A DNA stretch of 64,000 nucleotides from positions 5,988-69,987 of the IMG/VR virus record IMGVR_UViG_2551306257_000001. One strand, 5' to 3'. The notes under the pieces were generated by a model. It ran no database searches. It was not told the origin of the DNA and saw only the letters and a program-made list of their open reading frames with translations. Positions 48,923 through 59,548 of this stretch are shown piece after piece (position 1 is the first letter of the stretch; each line of letters starts with the position of its first letter). A program made the position numbers and the translations under genes. The DNA comes from a virus. Taxonomy: Duplodnaviria > Caudoviricetes.

Positions 48923-49486
48923 TTACTTGATACGATAATTGGCTTTGGCATGGTGTACCGTTGGCTCCTCCGAACTGGAATCTGCAACAGTCAATCCTTC
49001 TGGAGAAGCTACTTCGCTTTCCTCTACTGTCCCAGCTCCCCGGCCATCGTCATTCAACCAGTCCATCACATTGCCATAACGTTTGATAGCATCATACTCC
49101 GCTATCAAAAACTCTGTCTTAACGTATGGCTGCAAAGCTTTAATGCTTCCAAGCTCCACCTCGGTAAAGAGTGCCGCCTTCGCCACGTCGGCCGTGACAG
49201 TATACACAACTTCGCCTGATAATGGATTATTATTTGTGGTTGCAGTGATAAAGCCTTTTTCCTGCAAAGGAGCCAATACATTGATTAAATAATGGCCCGT
49301 GTCAATGACCCAATCATCTGCCATGACTGCCTTCACAAACTCTTCTCGGTCATAATCACTCTGAAAAGTCAGTTCTGTATTTGCTCTGGCAATGGCATCC
49401 ATTTTGACAGCATAGCTTTTCAGCTCAAGATGTGCCAAAAATCTAGCTTGTTCCTTGGTAATAACTGCTTTTTGCTGTTCTGTCAT
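48923..49486 (-). CDS. Hypothetical protein
   Basis: 187 aa ORF inside the operon. Confidence 0.65.
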   Translation of the reverse strand: MTEQQKAVITKEQARFLAHLELKSYAVKMDAIARANTELTFQSDYDREEFVKAVMADDWVIDTGHYLINVLAPLQEKGFITATTNNNPLSGEVVYTVTADVAKAALFTEVELGSIKALQPYVKTEFLIAEYDAIKRYGNVMDWLNDDGRGAGTVEESEVASPEGLTVADSSSEEPTVHHAKANYRIK

Positions 49487-49489
49487 TTC

Positions 49490-50128
49490 TCACTCCATTT
49501 CTAGTGCTGCGATCAATTCAAATAGTACTGAAGGGCGCTTTTTATTTGTCACAAATCCGACTGGAAAATCCATCAGCTTTGTGTCTCCGTTCCTACCTGG
49601 AGTGAGGGCTACTGTCTTAATTTTACTTCGGTACTTTTCTTTAATGGAATTTCCCATCTGACTGGCTACCATCGCTGCTGACTTCTCAATATCGTGTGGA
49701 ATGTAGTCCAGCTCGTCATCAAGCTCAGATTTCAAGACAAGACTTGTAATCAATCGCTTAAATTGTCTATGGTAGAGCGTAAGAACAATCCAGGCACCCA
49801 CCAAATACGGCACGGAATTTACTAGGATAAGAACCCCGTCAGTCTGCCATACCAATATCCCTAACAAGGTCAGAGAGGCGCTCCAGAGAATCAACCGATA
49901 TGGATACTTGATATAGCGACGGTAATCCTCGGTTACGCTTGCGACAATGCTGCCAATGACCAACAAAATAGCGGACATTCCAAGGGTTCCCCACTTGATG
50001 ATTTCAGCAATCTCTTCACTTGTATAGGTCGTAACGGCATACGCTGCCGCTGCGACCAAAATAAGTGATACAAGCAAAGGTCTGACAATCTTCGTCACAT
50101 TTTTTGAAAAAATCAACAGTTCTAGCAT
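49490..50128 (-). CDS. Four-TM membrane protein
   Basis: Hydrophobic N-terminal half. Confidence 0.65.
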   Translation of the reverse strand: MLELLIFSKNVTKIVRPLLVSLILVAAAAYAVTTYTSEEIAEIIKWGTLGMSAILLVIGSIVASVTEDYRRYIKYPYRLILWSASLTLLGILVWQTDGVLILVNSVPYLVGAWIVLTLYHRQFKRLITSLVLKSELDDELDYIPHDIEKSAAMVASQMGNSIKEKYRSKIKTVALTPGRNGDTKLMDFPVGFVTNKKRPSVLFELIAALEME

Positions 50129-50131
50129 TGA

Positions 50132-52696
50132 TTAACCTTTCTTTCGTTTGTTTCCCAAACCAACCGCTGAGAACAAAGTCATCAAACCTACTGCCAGAAG
50201 TCCCATGCTTCCTGCATCACCTGTTTCAGGCAATGCTCCCTTCTTGCTAGATGAGGTAGAAACTGGACGAGCAGCAGCTTTGGTTGTTCCTGCTGGTGCT
50301 GGTTTGTTCCCAGCCACATAGTCAACAATTTTACCTGCTACATCTACAACTGGAATAGCAACTTGTCCTGTTGTCTCAAGGGCTACTCGCTTGGCTTCTA
50401 GTTCTGCTTGGCGTTTCGCTTCCTCTTGTGCTGTAAAGCGGGCCAAAAGGATATCGTAATTTTTTTGGTCAATCGCTTGTTTTTCGAGCAAATCAGCAAG
50501 AACTGACTTCGCTTTTTCAAGCGCTTCCGCTTTTTCTGCCAAGGTAGCTTTAGCCGCATCCAATTTCGCTTGTGCTTTGGCAAGGACGTCATCAGCATTT
50601 AGCAAGTCATTCAAGCGTTTCTCGCTTGCTACTTGGTTAGATTTTGTGGTTGCAAGAGCTGACTTAGCTTTTGCAAGAGTTGATTCAAACTCAGTGACTT
50701 TAGCTTGCAAGTTTTCAAGCTCTTGCTTTTCTTTATCCAAGTTAGCTTTAGCAGCTTCCAACTCTGCTTTTTGAGTTGCTAATTTAGCCTTCTTCTCATC
50801 GAGGTTAGCTTTTTTAGTCGCAACGTCGGCTGAGAAAGCATTTACCGCATCCTGTGCTGCCTTAGCACGTTCTTCAGCAGCTGTCAGGTTGTCTTTAGCA
50901 GTTTGAAGTGCTGCAAGGGCTCCAGGAGTTTGTACTGTTTTATTTTGCCAATAAGAAAGTTCTTCCTGTGCTCTTGTTTGAGCAACTAGAGCGCTGTTGT
51001 AATTGCTCTGAGCCAAGGTTTGAGCAGCCTTAGCATCAGAATCAGCTGTTTGAGCTTTTGAGAGAGCTACTTGGGCTGTTGATTGTGCAGACTTAGCCGC
51101 TGCTAACTCATCATCAATGTTGCGTGATGATAGATTTGAAGTAGTGTCAAACTTGCTAGCATCTTCGATTTGACTGTCAGCCACTCCCAAGATATGAACT
51201 CGTCCAAGTGGCATTGTATTTCCAGTTGAAAACTCATAGTCAAGCTTGCTCACATCAAGACCGATATATTTGGAGTTTGTTGTGGTACGAACTCCTGCAA
51301 GTGAAGTTGAATGGCCCCAATTTGAGTCTGCATCATCAAACAGCATTTCAGAAATCGTGTTGTAGACTGCTTTCTTCAGGTCATCCATCGTGACAGTTTG
51401 TCGTGGATCAAAGTAACCAGATGAGAAGTTCTCATAGTAGTTTACGCCATCTGTACCGCCTAATCCTTTTCTGCCTGCTGCAGCTGGGATAGCTTGCAAG
51501 TCATGGCCCAAAGATTTTGAAGTGTTTGCTACATCATCTGCAAATGAGATAGCAGACAGATTAGCAACAACAGCTGAAGTACCTACTTGTTTGCGAACTT
51601 GGTTCATCAAGTCAACCGCAAAAAGTGTCAACTCCTCACGTTGCGCTTGAGACAAATTATTGACATCAGAGATAACGATTTGCTTGTCACTGTCTAGTGA
51701 CTTGAATTGGTTCAACGAAACTCCCGTTGCAGATGCGTTAGCGACTGCTACCTTGTTGCTTTCAGATTTATCTGCTGCAAATGCTTTGAGTGCCTCCGCA
51801 TATCCTGATGGAACTGTGATGGTATTCTTGCTAGCCAATTCCTTAGTCAAACTGTCAACCAATTGTGTTGCTACTGCCAAGTCTTTGTTCGCTTCTGACA
51901 AGGCAGTTGCCGCATTTTGAGCGGTCACGTTTGATTGATCCAGAGCTTGCTTGGCGTTAGCCACGTCAACTCCTCTGTTTCTGAGACTTGTTTCGCTGGC
52001 ATCAAGCATGATGGCACGTGTTTTATCCGCTTCTTGCGCTGCTGCCAGATCACCTTCAGCTACTGTTACAGCAGCTTCCGCTTCAGCAACGGCAATCTCT
52101 GCTGCTTCTTTCTCTGCAATGAGCTTAGACTGTCCAGTACCATCTAGGATAGCTTGAGCATTGTCAACTTCAGCTTGTGCTTGGTCTACATCGGCCTGCT
52201 CTTTGGAAACAGTTTTTTCCGCTTCAGCAACAACGGTCTGTTGTCGAGTTACTGCACCTTTTGATTCTGTCACAGATGATTCAGCAGCTGTTACCGCTTC
52301 TTCAGCTTGGGTTACTGCTGCCTTTGTATCTACTACCTTAGTTTCTTGTGCTACAATTGCTTCAGGTGTTGCTTCATCTACAAGCGCTTGTGCTTCAGTA
52401 ACTTCAGTCTGGGCTTGCTCTACGTTGCTTTCAGTTTGAGTTGCTTGCTCTTGAGCAGTTTGCTCAACAGCTTGTGCCTTATTTACCTCTTGCGTAGTGC
52501 CTTCTAATTCTGCTTTCGCTTCTGACACTTGTTCAGCTGTTACTACTGTATCAGCAACCTTCTCAGCCTGGACAACTTCTGAAGCACTCTCAGCACCTGG
52601 AGCTTGTGTAGTTTCTTCTGCATAAGTTGTCACAGAACCTAATCCAAGAGTCAATACACCAACAGTTGCCAAACTTTTAACTAATTTCTTTTCCAT
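50132..52696 (-). CDS. SEC10/PrgA-like surface exclusion protein, LPxTG-anchored
   Basis: Signal peptide, coiled coils flanking a CAP-like domain (MNQVRKQVG..YYENF..MLFDD..WGH), LPETG. Confidence 0.88.
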   Translation of the reverse strand: MEKKLVKSLATVGVLTLGLGSVTTYAEETTQAPGAESASEVVQAEKVADTVVTAEQVSEAKAELEGTTQEVNKAQAVEQTAQEQATQTESNVEQAQTEVTEAQALVDEATPEAIVAQETKVVDTKAAVTQAEEAVTAAESSVTESKGAVTRQQTVVAEAEKTVSKEQADVDQAQAEVDNAQAILDGTGQSKLIAEKEAAEIAVAEAEAAVTVAEGDLAAAQEADKTRAIMLDASETSLRNRGVDVANAKQALDQSNVTAQNAATALSEANKDLAVATQLVDSLTKELASKNTITVPSGYAEALKAFAADKSESNKVAVANASATGVSLNQFKSLDSDKQIVISDVNNLSQAQREELTLFAVDLMNQVRKQVGTSAVVANLSAISFADDVANTSKSLGHDLQAIPAAAGRKGLGGTDGVNYYENFSSGYFDPRQTVTMDDLKKAVYNTISEMLFDDADSNWGHSTSLAGVRTTTNSKYIGLDVSKLDYEFSTGNTMPLGRVHILGVADSQIEDASKFDTTSNLSSRNIDDELAAAKSAQSTAQVALSKAQTADSDAKAAQTLAQSNYNSALVAQTRAQEELSYWQNKTVQTPGALAALQTAKDNLTAAEERAKAAQDAVNAFSADVATKKANLDEKKAKLATQKAELEAAKANLDKEKQELENLQAKVTEFESTLAKAKSALATTKSNQVASEKRLNDLLNADDVLAKAQAKLDAAKATLAEKAEALEKAKSVLADLLEKQAIDQKNYDILLARFTAQEEAKRQAELEAKRVALETTGQVAIPVVDVAGKIVDYVAGNKPAPAGTTKAAARPVSTSSSKKGALPETGDAGSMGLLAVGLMTLFSAVGLGNKRKKG

Positions 52697-52708
52697 TTTA
52701 TCACCTAT

Positions 52709-53065
52709 TTAACTTTCTTTATTTTTGATTTTATAGTGTGTTCCATTTTGTAAACTAGGATCGTACACCCCAGCTTTCTCTAGAATGCGTTTAACTTGCC
52801 ATCCAGATAGTCCATAAGGCTCTCCATGCCGAACATGATACCAGGTACCAGCTGAAGGGTTCTCTAGTTTTAACTTTTTCCAGGCGAGATATTCGTTTAC
52901 TAGAGTTTCCTCCACCTCAGGAGGTTTTTCACTCCTAGACCTAATGGTCATCTCCAAGGTACCATCCCGACTTCTAGTGGTTTCAAGCACCGTGTACTGC
53001 TCTTCAATGTATTTTGTTAATCTTGCATGAGCCTTACTGGATAGCTTGAGATGCAACTTTTTCAA
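52709..53065 (-). CDS. Putative DNA-binding regulator
   Basis: C-terminal YGLSGWQVKRIL HTH-like segment; first gene behind TTGACT-17-TATAAT (53154-53126). Confidence 0.55.
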   Translation of the reverse strand: MKKLHLKLSSKAHARLTKYIEEQYTVLETTRSRDGTLEMTIRSRSEKPPEVEETLVNEYLAWKKLKLENPSAGTWYHVRHGEPYGLSGWQVKRILEKAGVYDPSLQNGTHYKIKNKES

Positions 53066-53230
53066 TAAAGCGCCCCCCTTTCACCGTTGCTATTATTTAC
53101 CCTACACTTTTTCTAGGTCAATATTATTATACACTATAAAATCTGCAAAGTCAATGGTTTTTATTTTTTTTATCATTGACTTTTGCAAAAATCCAAGTCC
53201 TGTAAGAACCTGGATTTTTGCAATTAAAGA

Positions 53231-56200
53231 CTAGTCAACTTCTGAATCACGCTTGCGACGAGCTAATCCAAGCCCTGCGATTGCCATGCTTGCACCGAGT
53301 GCAGCCAAAGCCATAGAGCTTTCTTCACCTGTTGAAGGGAGTGTCTGCGCACGAGCTACTGGCGTTCCTGGAGTAACAGGAGTTTCTGGTACCTCTGGCG
53401 TTTCTTCCTTAGGCTTAGGTGTGTTAGTCGTAACAATATCCTTATCTACTTCAACATCGTTAACATAGACTATCCACTCATTTTCAATATTTTCACCGTA
53501 AGCGATACGTTTCAACATTGAGTAGACATCGATTTTGATTTCTTCTCCTTCTGCTAGAAGGTCATAGAACTCAGGATTCACAGTGTACTTAACCGCCACG
53601 ACTTGGCCTGTCTTTTCATCTCGAATCAACTCTTGGACAATGTAGCGAGTCAGTTCTTCATCTAGTTTAATGATCGAACCGTCTTTGAGCTTCATATCAC
53701 CAGAAGCAAAAGCATAAAACTCACCGTTGTACTCGTCAAAGTTTTCATCGAAGTTTTCGATTCCGTATAGTGATTTCAATTTGCCATCAATCGTTGTCTT
53801 GACAACTGGGAAAGAAAGTCTAGCTGGGTAGGTTTGGCCCAATTCAATAGTACCGCCTGTCAGGTCTTTATTAGAGCCGATTGATTCCAGGATTTTCTTA
53901 ATACCATCCAGTTTTGGCACATTGTTTTCTACCGTATTGCCTGCGTAGCCATTTCCAAAGTCGACTTGCCATACTTTATTGCTAAAGTCTCCAATGTAAT
54001 CCCCTGTCTTAACGTCAAAGGTATGGAACAGGTTCAAACCAGTGAACACGTACTTGTTAAAGTAGCCCTCAAAATCTAGACCTTTAGGAACTACAACTGA
54101 GAAATACCCATCTGGAGAAATTCTAGCAGCTTTTAGGATAGCTACAACTTCAGCATCCGCTTTTTCAAGACTTTCATAAGACCGCACTTCAAAGTCAGAA
54201 GATACGTCACGGCCATCAGCTAGGGTTGTCTTCAAGGTAGAGAAGTCAAACAGAACTGTATTGTCTTGAGGATCATCAACCAGTGGTAGGAAGCCTTTGA
54301 AAATTTCTCCCTGAGTTGCTTTTAGCCCTTTATATTGATTGTTGTCTGTGACAGCGGTATAGGAATAGGTTTTGTTTGGAAGTAACTGAAGACCATCCAA
54401 ATTAGCTCCGCTTATCTGGCCCACTTGGTAAAGGTGTTTCTCTGGCTCAATCAAGCTATCATTTGGAGTTGGTGTCTCTGGACGTGGTGTGATACGTTTG
54501 TACACGTAGGTCACTTCTGTTGTACCTTCGATAACTTCTCCAGTTTCCTGACCAATTGTCTTTTCAGGAACCAGTTCGTACTCGATTCCATCTTCAGTTG
54601 TAATCCTTCCAGGTTTGTAGTCTGTGGTATCGTAGCTTGTACCTGTTGGAACATTTGAAGAGTCTACAACGTCATTTGCGACTGTCTTTTCATCTTCGTT
54701 CACATAGTGGATAACTACGTTACCTTTTCCTGGTTCATTTTCAACCACTTTGTAGAAGTAATCAACATAGATGGTTCCGTCAGTCACCTTACCAGTTTCA
54801 GAACCAACTACTTTTGAAGTAAGTTTATACAGCTTACCTTCGTGCGCGATGACTTCTTGTTTTTGGTCCGTTGTATCATACGCTGTGCCAACTTTTGCAT
54901 CTTCGAGGTCTGCTTGGTTAGGGGCAATTTTGACGTTTGTATCTACGTCAAAGTAGCGCACGACTACGTTACCGTTGTAGGTACGAGTCTCAGAACCTGG
55001 TGTGTAGATCACTGGCGTGTTAGATGTTGCAGTATAGGTCTTACCTGACTTAGTTGTCAAAGTCATTGTGTAAGCGTTCTTGTACGTCGCAGCATCATTC
55101 AATACCGTGAAGATAGCATTAAATGTCGGAAGGACGAAATCTTTAGCCAAGTCTGCGTTGACCTTGGCAAGCCCGTTTGCAGATAAAGTCACAATTGCCT
55201 TGCCAGTTTCATCATAGGAAACTAGCCACTCTGGACTAAGTTTTGCCGTATCATCTTTGACGATTTTTGTTCCAGCTGGGAAAGGATCGGACAGGACAAC
55301 AGAGGTCATCGCTTCACGACCAGCCTTCAGTGCACCTGGATTGAGCACCCACGTTTCAGTTGAATTTTTAGCTACCAACTCACCATTGATGCTAGTGCCT
55401 TCAGTATTGACAACGTCTTTTGTGATTGCAGGAGCATCCTTGACCGCAACTGGATGGACCGTTGTTTTAATAGTTTTTACTTCTGGAACAGGTACATGTG
55501 GCTTCACAACTGGTGTGATTGGATTGTATACCTCTGGGGTAAATGTTTCAGGAACAAAGACTTCAGGAGTATATGGCGTAGGCGTGTACGTTTCAGGGGT
55601 AAAGACCTCTGGAGTGAAGGTTTCAAACGTAGGTTCGTTTGGAATTTTAGATGGCGCTGGTGGTTCTTCATTGAACGGTGTTGGGTTAAAGGTTACCGTT
55701 TCAAGTTTTGGTGGTGTAGCAGGAACTGGTTTCAGCTTCTCTGGGGTTACTTCTTTAAGAGGAGGTGGTGGTGTGACTGTGGGTGCCTTGACATTGGTGT
55801 TAAATGCAAACCAAACATAATTACGACCTTTAGAAGAGATATCAAAGTTTATCGTTTCAGAAGTTGTCCTACCCACAATTGCTCCATAGTATTCCAGAGG
55901 GGAGCCATCATAATCCCATTCCGCTTCAAAAAATTTGGAGCCCTCCTCAGTATATCTGTTACTTGCAATTGCACGAGCAACCCCGTCTATTACTTTAATT
56001 CCACTTCCAGTAATCTCAATAAATTCACCAATAAAATTAGAAATAGCTTCATAGTCAAGATCAACTATCGCAGTATTTAACGAAGCAAATGAAAGCAAAG
56101 AACCACTTGTATTTAAAATTTTATCAGTAGCGTCATAGAACTTGACGTCCATATTGATGACCGTTTCTTGCCCATCTATCCAATAATATAACGTTTTTGT

Positions 56201-57607
56201 GGGATCGTTTTGGAAATTAACTAAGATTTTATCTTTATTATCAAGTTCTGTTGATTTTAAAGTGTAAGTATACACAACTTTAGAAATTTCTGTTCCGTCG
56301 AAAGAAGAATTTTTAAGACCTGTGTAGGTAACAGAAATTGGTTCTCCTTTTTTCAAGATATAAACAGGACCATTCCCAGAATCGTCTCGAAACTGGTCAA
56401 TATAACGTCCATTGACAATCGTAGCAATTTCAGAATCTGTTGCCGCTTCTACAGATGAAATATAGCTAGCATCGGGTTCTGATTTAAAAATCAAATGTTG
56501 CACCACAAATTCGCTCAAAAATCCGTCTTTCCCCGTATTCGCCAGCATGTCTGCCAACTTTTTCTGATATTCTGCTTGCAAGCGATCGTTTTCTGCTTTT
56601 GCTTCTGCTGCAGCGGCATCGTTACGTTTTTGGATTTCATCATTCTCAGCTAGCAAGTCATTGTACTCTTTTAGATCCTTGTCATACTCTGCCTTTAATT
56701 CTGCATTTTTGGCATCAGCTTCAGCTTGGCCCTTGGCGTTAGCTTCTTCGTTAGCTTTTTTACGTTCGTTATAGCCAGCCATTGCTGCTTCATCAGCTGC
56801 GATGATGGTTTCTTTGTTAGCTTCCCATTCTGCAAGGGCGTTAGCATTACGTTCATCAACGGCTTTTTGACCCAACTTATTTCGTTGGACTGTCGCCGCT
56901 TGACCAGCCTTATTGCGTTCCTCAACTGCTAACTTTTCTGCTTCAATATCATCCAGTTTCACCTGATTGCGTTTATCAACTGCTTCTTGACCTGCTTTGT
57001 TACGTGCCTCTACTGCTTCCTGGCCAGCTTTGTTCCGCTGGTCTGTTGCTTCTTGACCTTGTTTATTGGCTTCTTCAACACGTTTTGCCTCTGCTGCATT
57101 GTCTGCATCGATTTGATCATTCGTAGCATTTGCGGCTGCGATTTCTTCGTTGTTTTCAACCTTTTCGGCTTCTGCATTTTTTACAGCTGCTTCCTGATTG
57201 GCAGTATCATTTTGAGCGGCTTCAAGGCTATCATGGACCGCTATTTCACCCTTGGTCACAACTACACCGTTTGCCTCTGCCTCTGCAACTGCTCGATCAA
57301 GCGCTGGTGTTTCAACAGGTGTTACAATTGCCCCAGTATTTGTATTGGCATGGGCTTGAAGGTCTGTATTTTCAACTGGTGTAGCTGGCTGAACTTCAAC
57401 CAGGTTAGTAGCTGGATTATCCGTTGTGACCACTGTCTCCGTCGCAACTGATGTCGTTACTTCATCTGCTGATACGGTATTAGCGCCAGCAACAGTAAGG
57501 GCACCTGCAAGAGCTATTGTTGATACGAGACCGTAAGCCTTCGTGGTTACCAAACGCTGCCGCGCTTGAGTTTCTGCCGATTTTTTAAAAAGTTCTTTTC
57601 TATTCAT
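53231..57607 (-). CDS. Antigen I/II-family adhesin with MucBP-like inserts, LPxTG-anchored
   Basis: Ala-rich repeats, GbpC-like V domain, Pro-rich repeats, C-terminal domains, LPSTG. Confidence 0.9.
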   Translation of the reverse strand: MNRKELFKKSAETQARQRLVTTKAYGLVSTIALAGALTVAGANTVSADEVTTSVATETVVTTDNPATNLVEVQPATPVENTDLQAHANTNTGAIVTPVETPALDRAVAEAEANGVVVTKGEIAVHDSLEAAQNDTANQEAAVKNAEAEKVENNEEIAAANATNDQIDADNAAEAKRVEEANKQGQEATDQRNKAGQEAVEARNKAGQEAVDKRNQVKLDDIEAEKLAVEERNKAGQAATVQRNKLGQKAVDERNANALAEWEANKETIIAADEAAMAGYNERKKANEEANAKGQAEADAKNAELKAEYDKDLKEYNDLLAENDEIQKRNDAAAAEAKAENDRLQAEYQKKLADMLANTGKDGFLSEFVVQHLIFKSEPDASYISSVEAATDSEIATIVNGRYIDQFRDDSGNGPVYILKKGEPISVTYTGLKNSSFDGTEISKVVYTYTLKSTELDNKDKILVNFQNDPTKTLYYWIDGQETVINMDVKFYDATDKILNTSGSLLSFASLNTAIVDLDYEAISNFIGEFIEITGSGIKVIDGVARAIASNRYTEEGSKFFEAEWDYDGSPLEYYGAIVGRTTSETINFDISSKGRNYVWFAFNTNVKAPTVTPPPPLKEVTPEKLKPVPATPPKLETVTFNPTPFNEEPPAPSKIPNEPTFETFTPEVFTPETYTPTPYTPEVFVPETFTPEVYNPITPVVKPHVPVPEVKTIKTTVHPVAVKDAPAITKDVVNTEGTSINGELVAKNSTETWVLNPGALKAGREAMTSVVLSDPFPAGTKIVKDDTAKLSPEWLVSYDETGKAIVTLSANGLAKVNADLAKDFVLPTFNAIFTVLNDAATYKNAYTMTLTTKSGKTYTATSNTPVIYTPGSETRTYNGNVVVRYFDVDTNVKIAPNQADLEDAKVGTAYDTTDQKQEVIAHEGKLYKLTSKVVGSETGKVTDGTIYVDYFYKVVENEPGKGNVVIHYVNEDEKTVANDVVDSSNVPTGTSYDTTDYKPGRITTEDGIEYELVPEKTIGQETGEVIEGTTEVTYVYKRITPRPETPTPNDSLIEPEKHLYQVGQISGANLDGLQLLPNKTYSYTAVTDNNQYKGLKATQGEIFKGFLPLVDDPQDNTVLFDFSTLKTTLADGRDVSSDFEVRSYESLEKADAEVVAILKAARISPDGYFSVVVPKGLDFEGYFNKYVFTGLNLFHTFDVKTGDYIGDFSNKVWQVDFGNGYAGNTVENNVPKLDGIKKILESIGSNKDLTGGTIELGQTYPARLSFPVVKTTIDGKLKSLYGIENFDENFDEYNGEFYAFASGDMKLKDGSIIKLDEELTRYIVQELIRDEKTGQVVAVKYTVNPEFYDLLAEGEEIKIDVYSMLKRIAYGENIENEWIVYVNDVEVDKDIVTTNTPKPKEETPEVPETPVTPGTPVARAQTLPSTGEESSMALAALGASMAIAGLGLARRKRDSEVD

Positions 57608-57633
57608 ACCTTAAATCTCATCCTTTTCTGATT

Positions 57634-58449
57634 TTACAAGTAAATGTAGCGTGATTCTGACGTATTATTTTTACCAGAAATAGTAAATCCAAATAGTAGG
57701 AGTAAAAATCCTAGTAAGGTTAGCGCTATATTTTCAACCACCCCTGTTTCTGGCAAGGTTTCCTTCTTCCCTTCTTTCGTAATGAAAGAAACGGTTCCGT
57801 TTTGATTAGTTACGCCACCAAAGTCTTCAGCTTTCCCTGTCGACTTTGTACCATCGACGTTAGCAATCGTAACAACACTATTCTCTGTGCTGATAACAGT
57901 GTACCCCTGATCCGTTACGATTGGTTCAAAATCTTCTTCAACCGTAGGAGCTGGATCTACTTGAGGCTGTAATGGTGCCGTTTGAGTGTTGTTATTTTCG
58001 GTTGTTTGTGGCGTAGTCGGTGTTGTAGGCTGGCTGTCAATTCCAACTGTCGTTGCTGGTTCTGTTGTGTTTGGTTGCTCACTTGGAGGAACAACGGTAG
58101 AGTCAGTTGGTGTCTCAGTCGTCCCTGGGGTAGTTGGAGTTTCTGACTCCTTTGGTGCTTCAGGCGTTTCTGTTGTCTCACCAGAAGTTTCCGCTGGCAA
58201 TGTCGGTTCGACTGGAATTTCTTCCGTCGTATTCATTGGTGTCATTGGAACAGTTGAATCAGTTGGAACAGGGGTAACTGGATCAGTTGGCAGTGCCACA
58301 ACTTCCGTTGCAGAAGTTTCTAAAGCGGTGTTCTCTGCATATGCAGGCTGACCATAGGTTAAGACCGCCCCCGTTGCCAACCCAAATACTACGGTTAGCT
58401 TCAGTGTGTTATTTTCATCATATAAGTCCTTGGTTCTCATATGTTGCAT
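57634..58449 (-). CDS. Pro/Thr-rich LPxTG surface protein
   Basis: Signal peptide, P/T/E-rich stalk, LPETG plus TM. Confidence 0.82.
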   Translation of the reverse strand: MQHMRTKDLYDENNTLKLTVVFGLATGAVLTYGQPAYAENTALETSATEVVALPTDPVTPVPTDSTVPMTPMNTTEEIPVEPTLPAETSGETTETPEAPKESETPTTPGTTETPTDSTVVPPSEQPNTTEPATTVGIDSQPTTPTTPQTTENNNTQTAPLQPQVDPAPTVEEDFEPIVTDQGYTVISTENSVVTIANVDGTKSTGKAEDFGGVTNQNGTVSFITKEGKKETLPETGVVENIALTLLGFLLLLFGFTISGKNNTSESRYIYL

Positions 58450-58461
58450 TTCCTTTCATTT

Positions 58462-59547
58462 TTATTTAAGATAACTGGTTTCCATTGGCTCTGTGGTCAC
58501 CACAAAACCGTATTTACTAGATTCCGAGACTTTGACCGTGAAACTAAGGCGTAGACTTGTGGTCTTCTCCTCCTGCTTGACGGCAAGAACATAGGTAACT
58601 TGATATTCCTTAGCATCTGAATCATAAGTCATCTGCTCCAGAATCACCGATTGCAGCGTTCCTATTTTTGGGACAGTATACTTTGCATCTCCATCAGACA
58701 GAAAATCCACCAGGTTTTCTTTTTGACCAGAATAATAATTTGGTAAAAAGTAGCGACTGAAGACATCTACTTGATGCTCCGTACTTACTAAGTGCTGGGT
58801 ATGCTTTAATTCTTGATAGAGATAAGCAACCTGTTCATTCTGCTTGGCCAGTTGCGTATATGCAATGATAGATGAAGCTATCCCTCCGAGAGCCAATACT
58901 CCAATAAGTCCCATGAGTAGGTACACCTTCTTCAGGGATTGTGTTTTAGGAGCTTGATGAGGGGCTGTTGGAGTTGCATTCATTGAAACGCTCAAGACTG
59001 GGCTCGGTTGATAGGATTTACCCAGCACCTGTTCCCCTTCCTCTGGAAAAAGTGGCAGGGCTGACTCTGGGATTCCCAGACTAGCTTTGTAAGATGGGTA
59101 AATCTGGTTGATGAAATACTCACGTTTTTCCTGATAAGTGTAATGTCGGAAATCTAGTCCAGTCATAATTGACTGAATCAGTGGTAAGAGCAAATTCTGG
59201 TACCTTTGATCAATGATAAATGGACTAGCATAGACTTCCCCTTCAGAGACAGCCTCTTTTCCTTCTAGGTGGCAAATAGCCACTTTTTTCAGCCGAAACT
59301 GACCGTAAGCCTCTTTTAAGGCTTGAAATAGCCGTTCTGCTTGCTGGAAGGTTATATAAGGCAGAGACTCTTCGATGGCATGCTGGAAATAATCTAGATA
59401 CTGTTGATCCAGTCCTTCGATAATGCCGAGAAGCTCACCATCATCATCTGGAGATTTTCCATCTTCCCATGTCACCTCAAGAAATAGGTCATCTGTCACC
59501 AAGCATTTATTGCTTTTCTTAAAAGGTATAAATGCCATCGTAACCAC
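58462..59547 (-). CDS. VirB8/TcpC-like conjugation protein
   Basis: Central TM; C-terminal VDVFSRYFLPNYYS..YQVTYVL (NTF2-like). Confidence 0.7.
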   Translation of the reverse strand: MVTMAFIPFKKSNKCLVTDDLFLEVTWEDGKSPDDDGELLGIIEGLDQQYLDYFQHAIEESLPYITFQQAERLFQALKEAYGQFRLKKVAICHLEGKEAVSEGEVYASPFIIDQRYQNLLLPLIQSIMTGLDFRHYTYQEKREYFINQIYPSYKASLGIPESALPLFPEEGEQVLGKSYQPSPVLSVSMNATPTAPHQAPKTQSLKKVYLLMGLIGVLALGGIASSIIAYTQLAKQNEQVAYLYQELKHTQHLVSTEHQVDVFSRYFLPNYYSGQKENLVDFLSDGDAKYTVPKIGTLQSVILEQMTYDSDAKEYQVTYVLAVKQEEKTTSLRLSFTVKVSESSKYGFVVTTEPMETSYLK

Positions 59548-59548
59548 C

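Noticed and set aside
55500-55790. Pro-rich (E/T)xFTPE repeats as a novel repeat system
   Set aside because: Normal P-region of antigen I/II proteins
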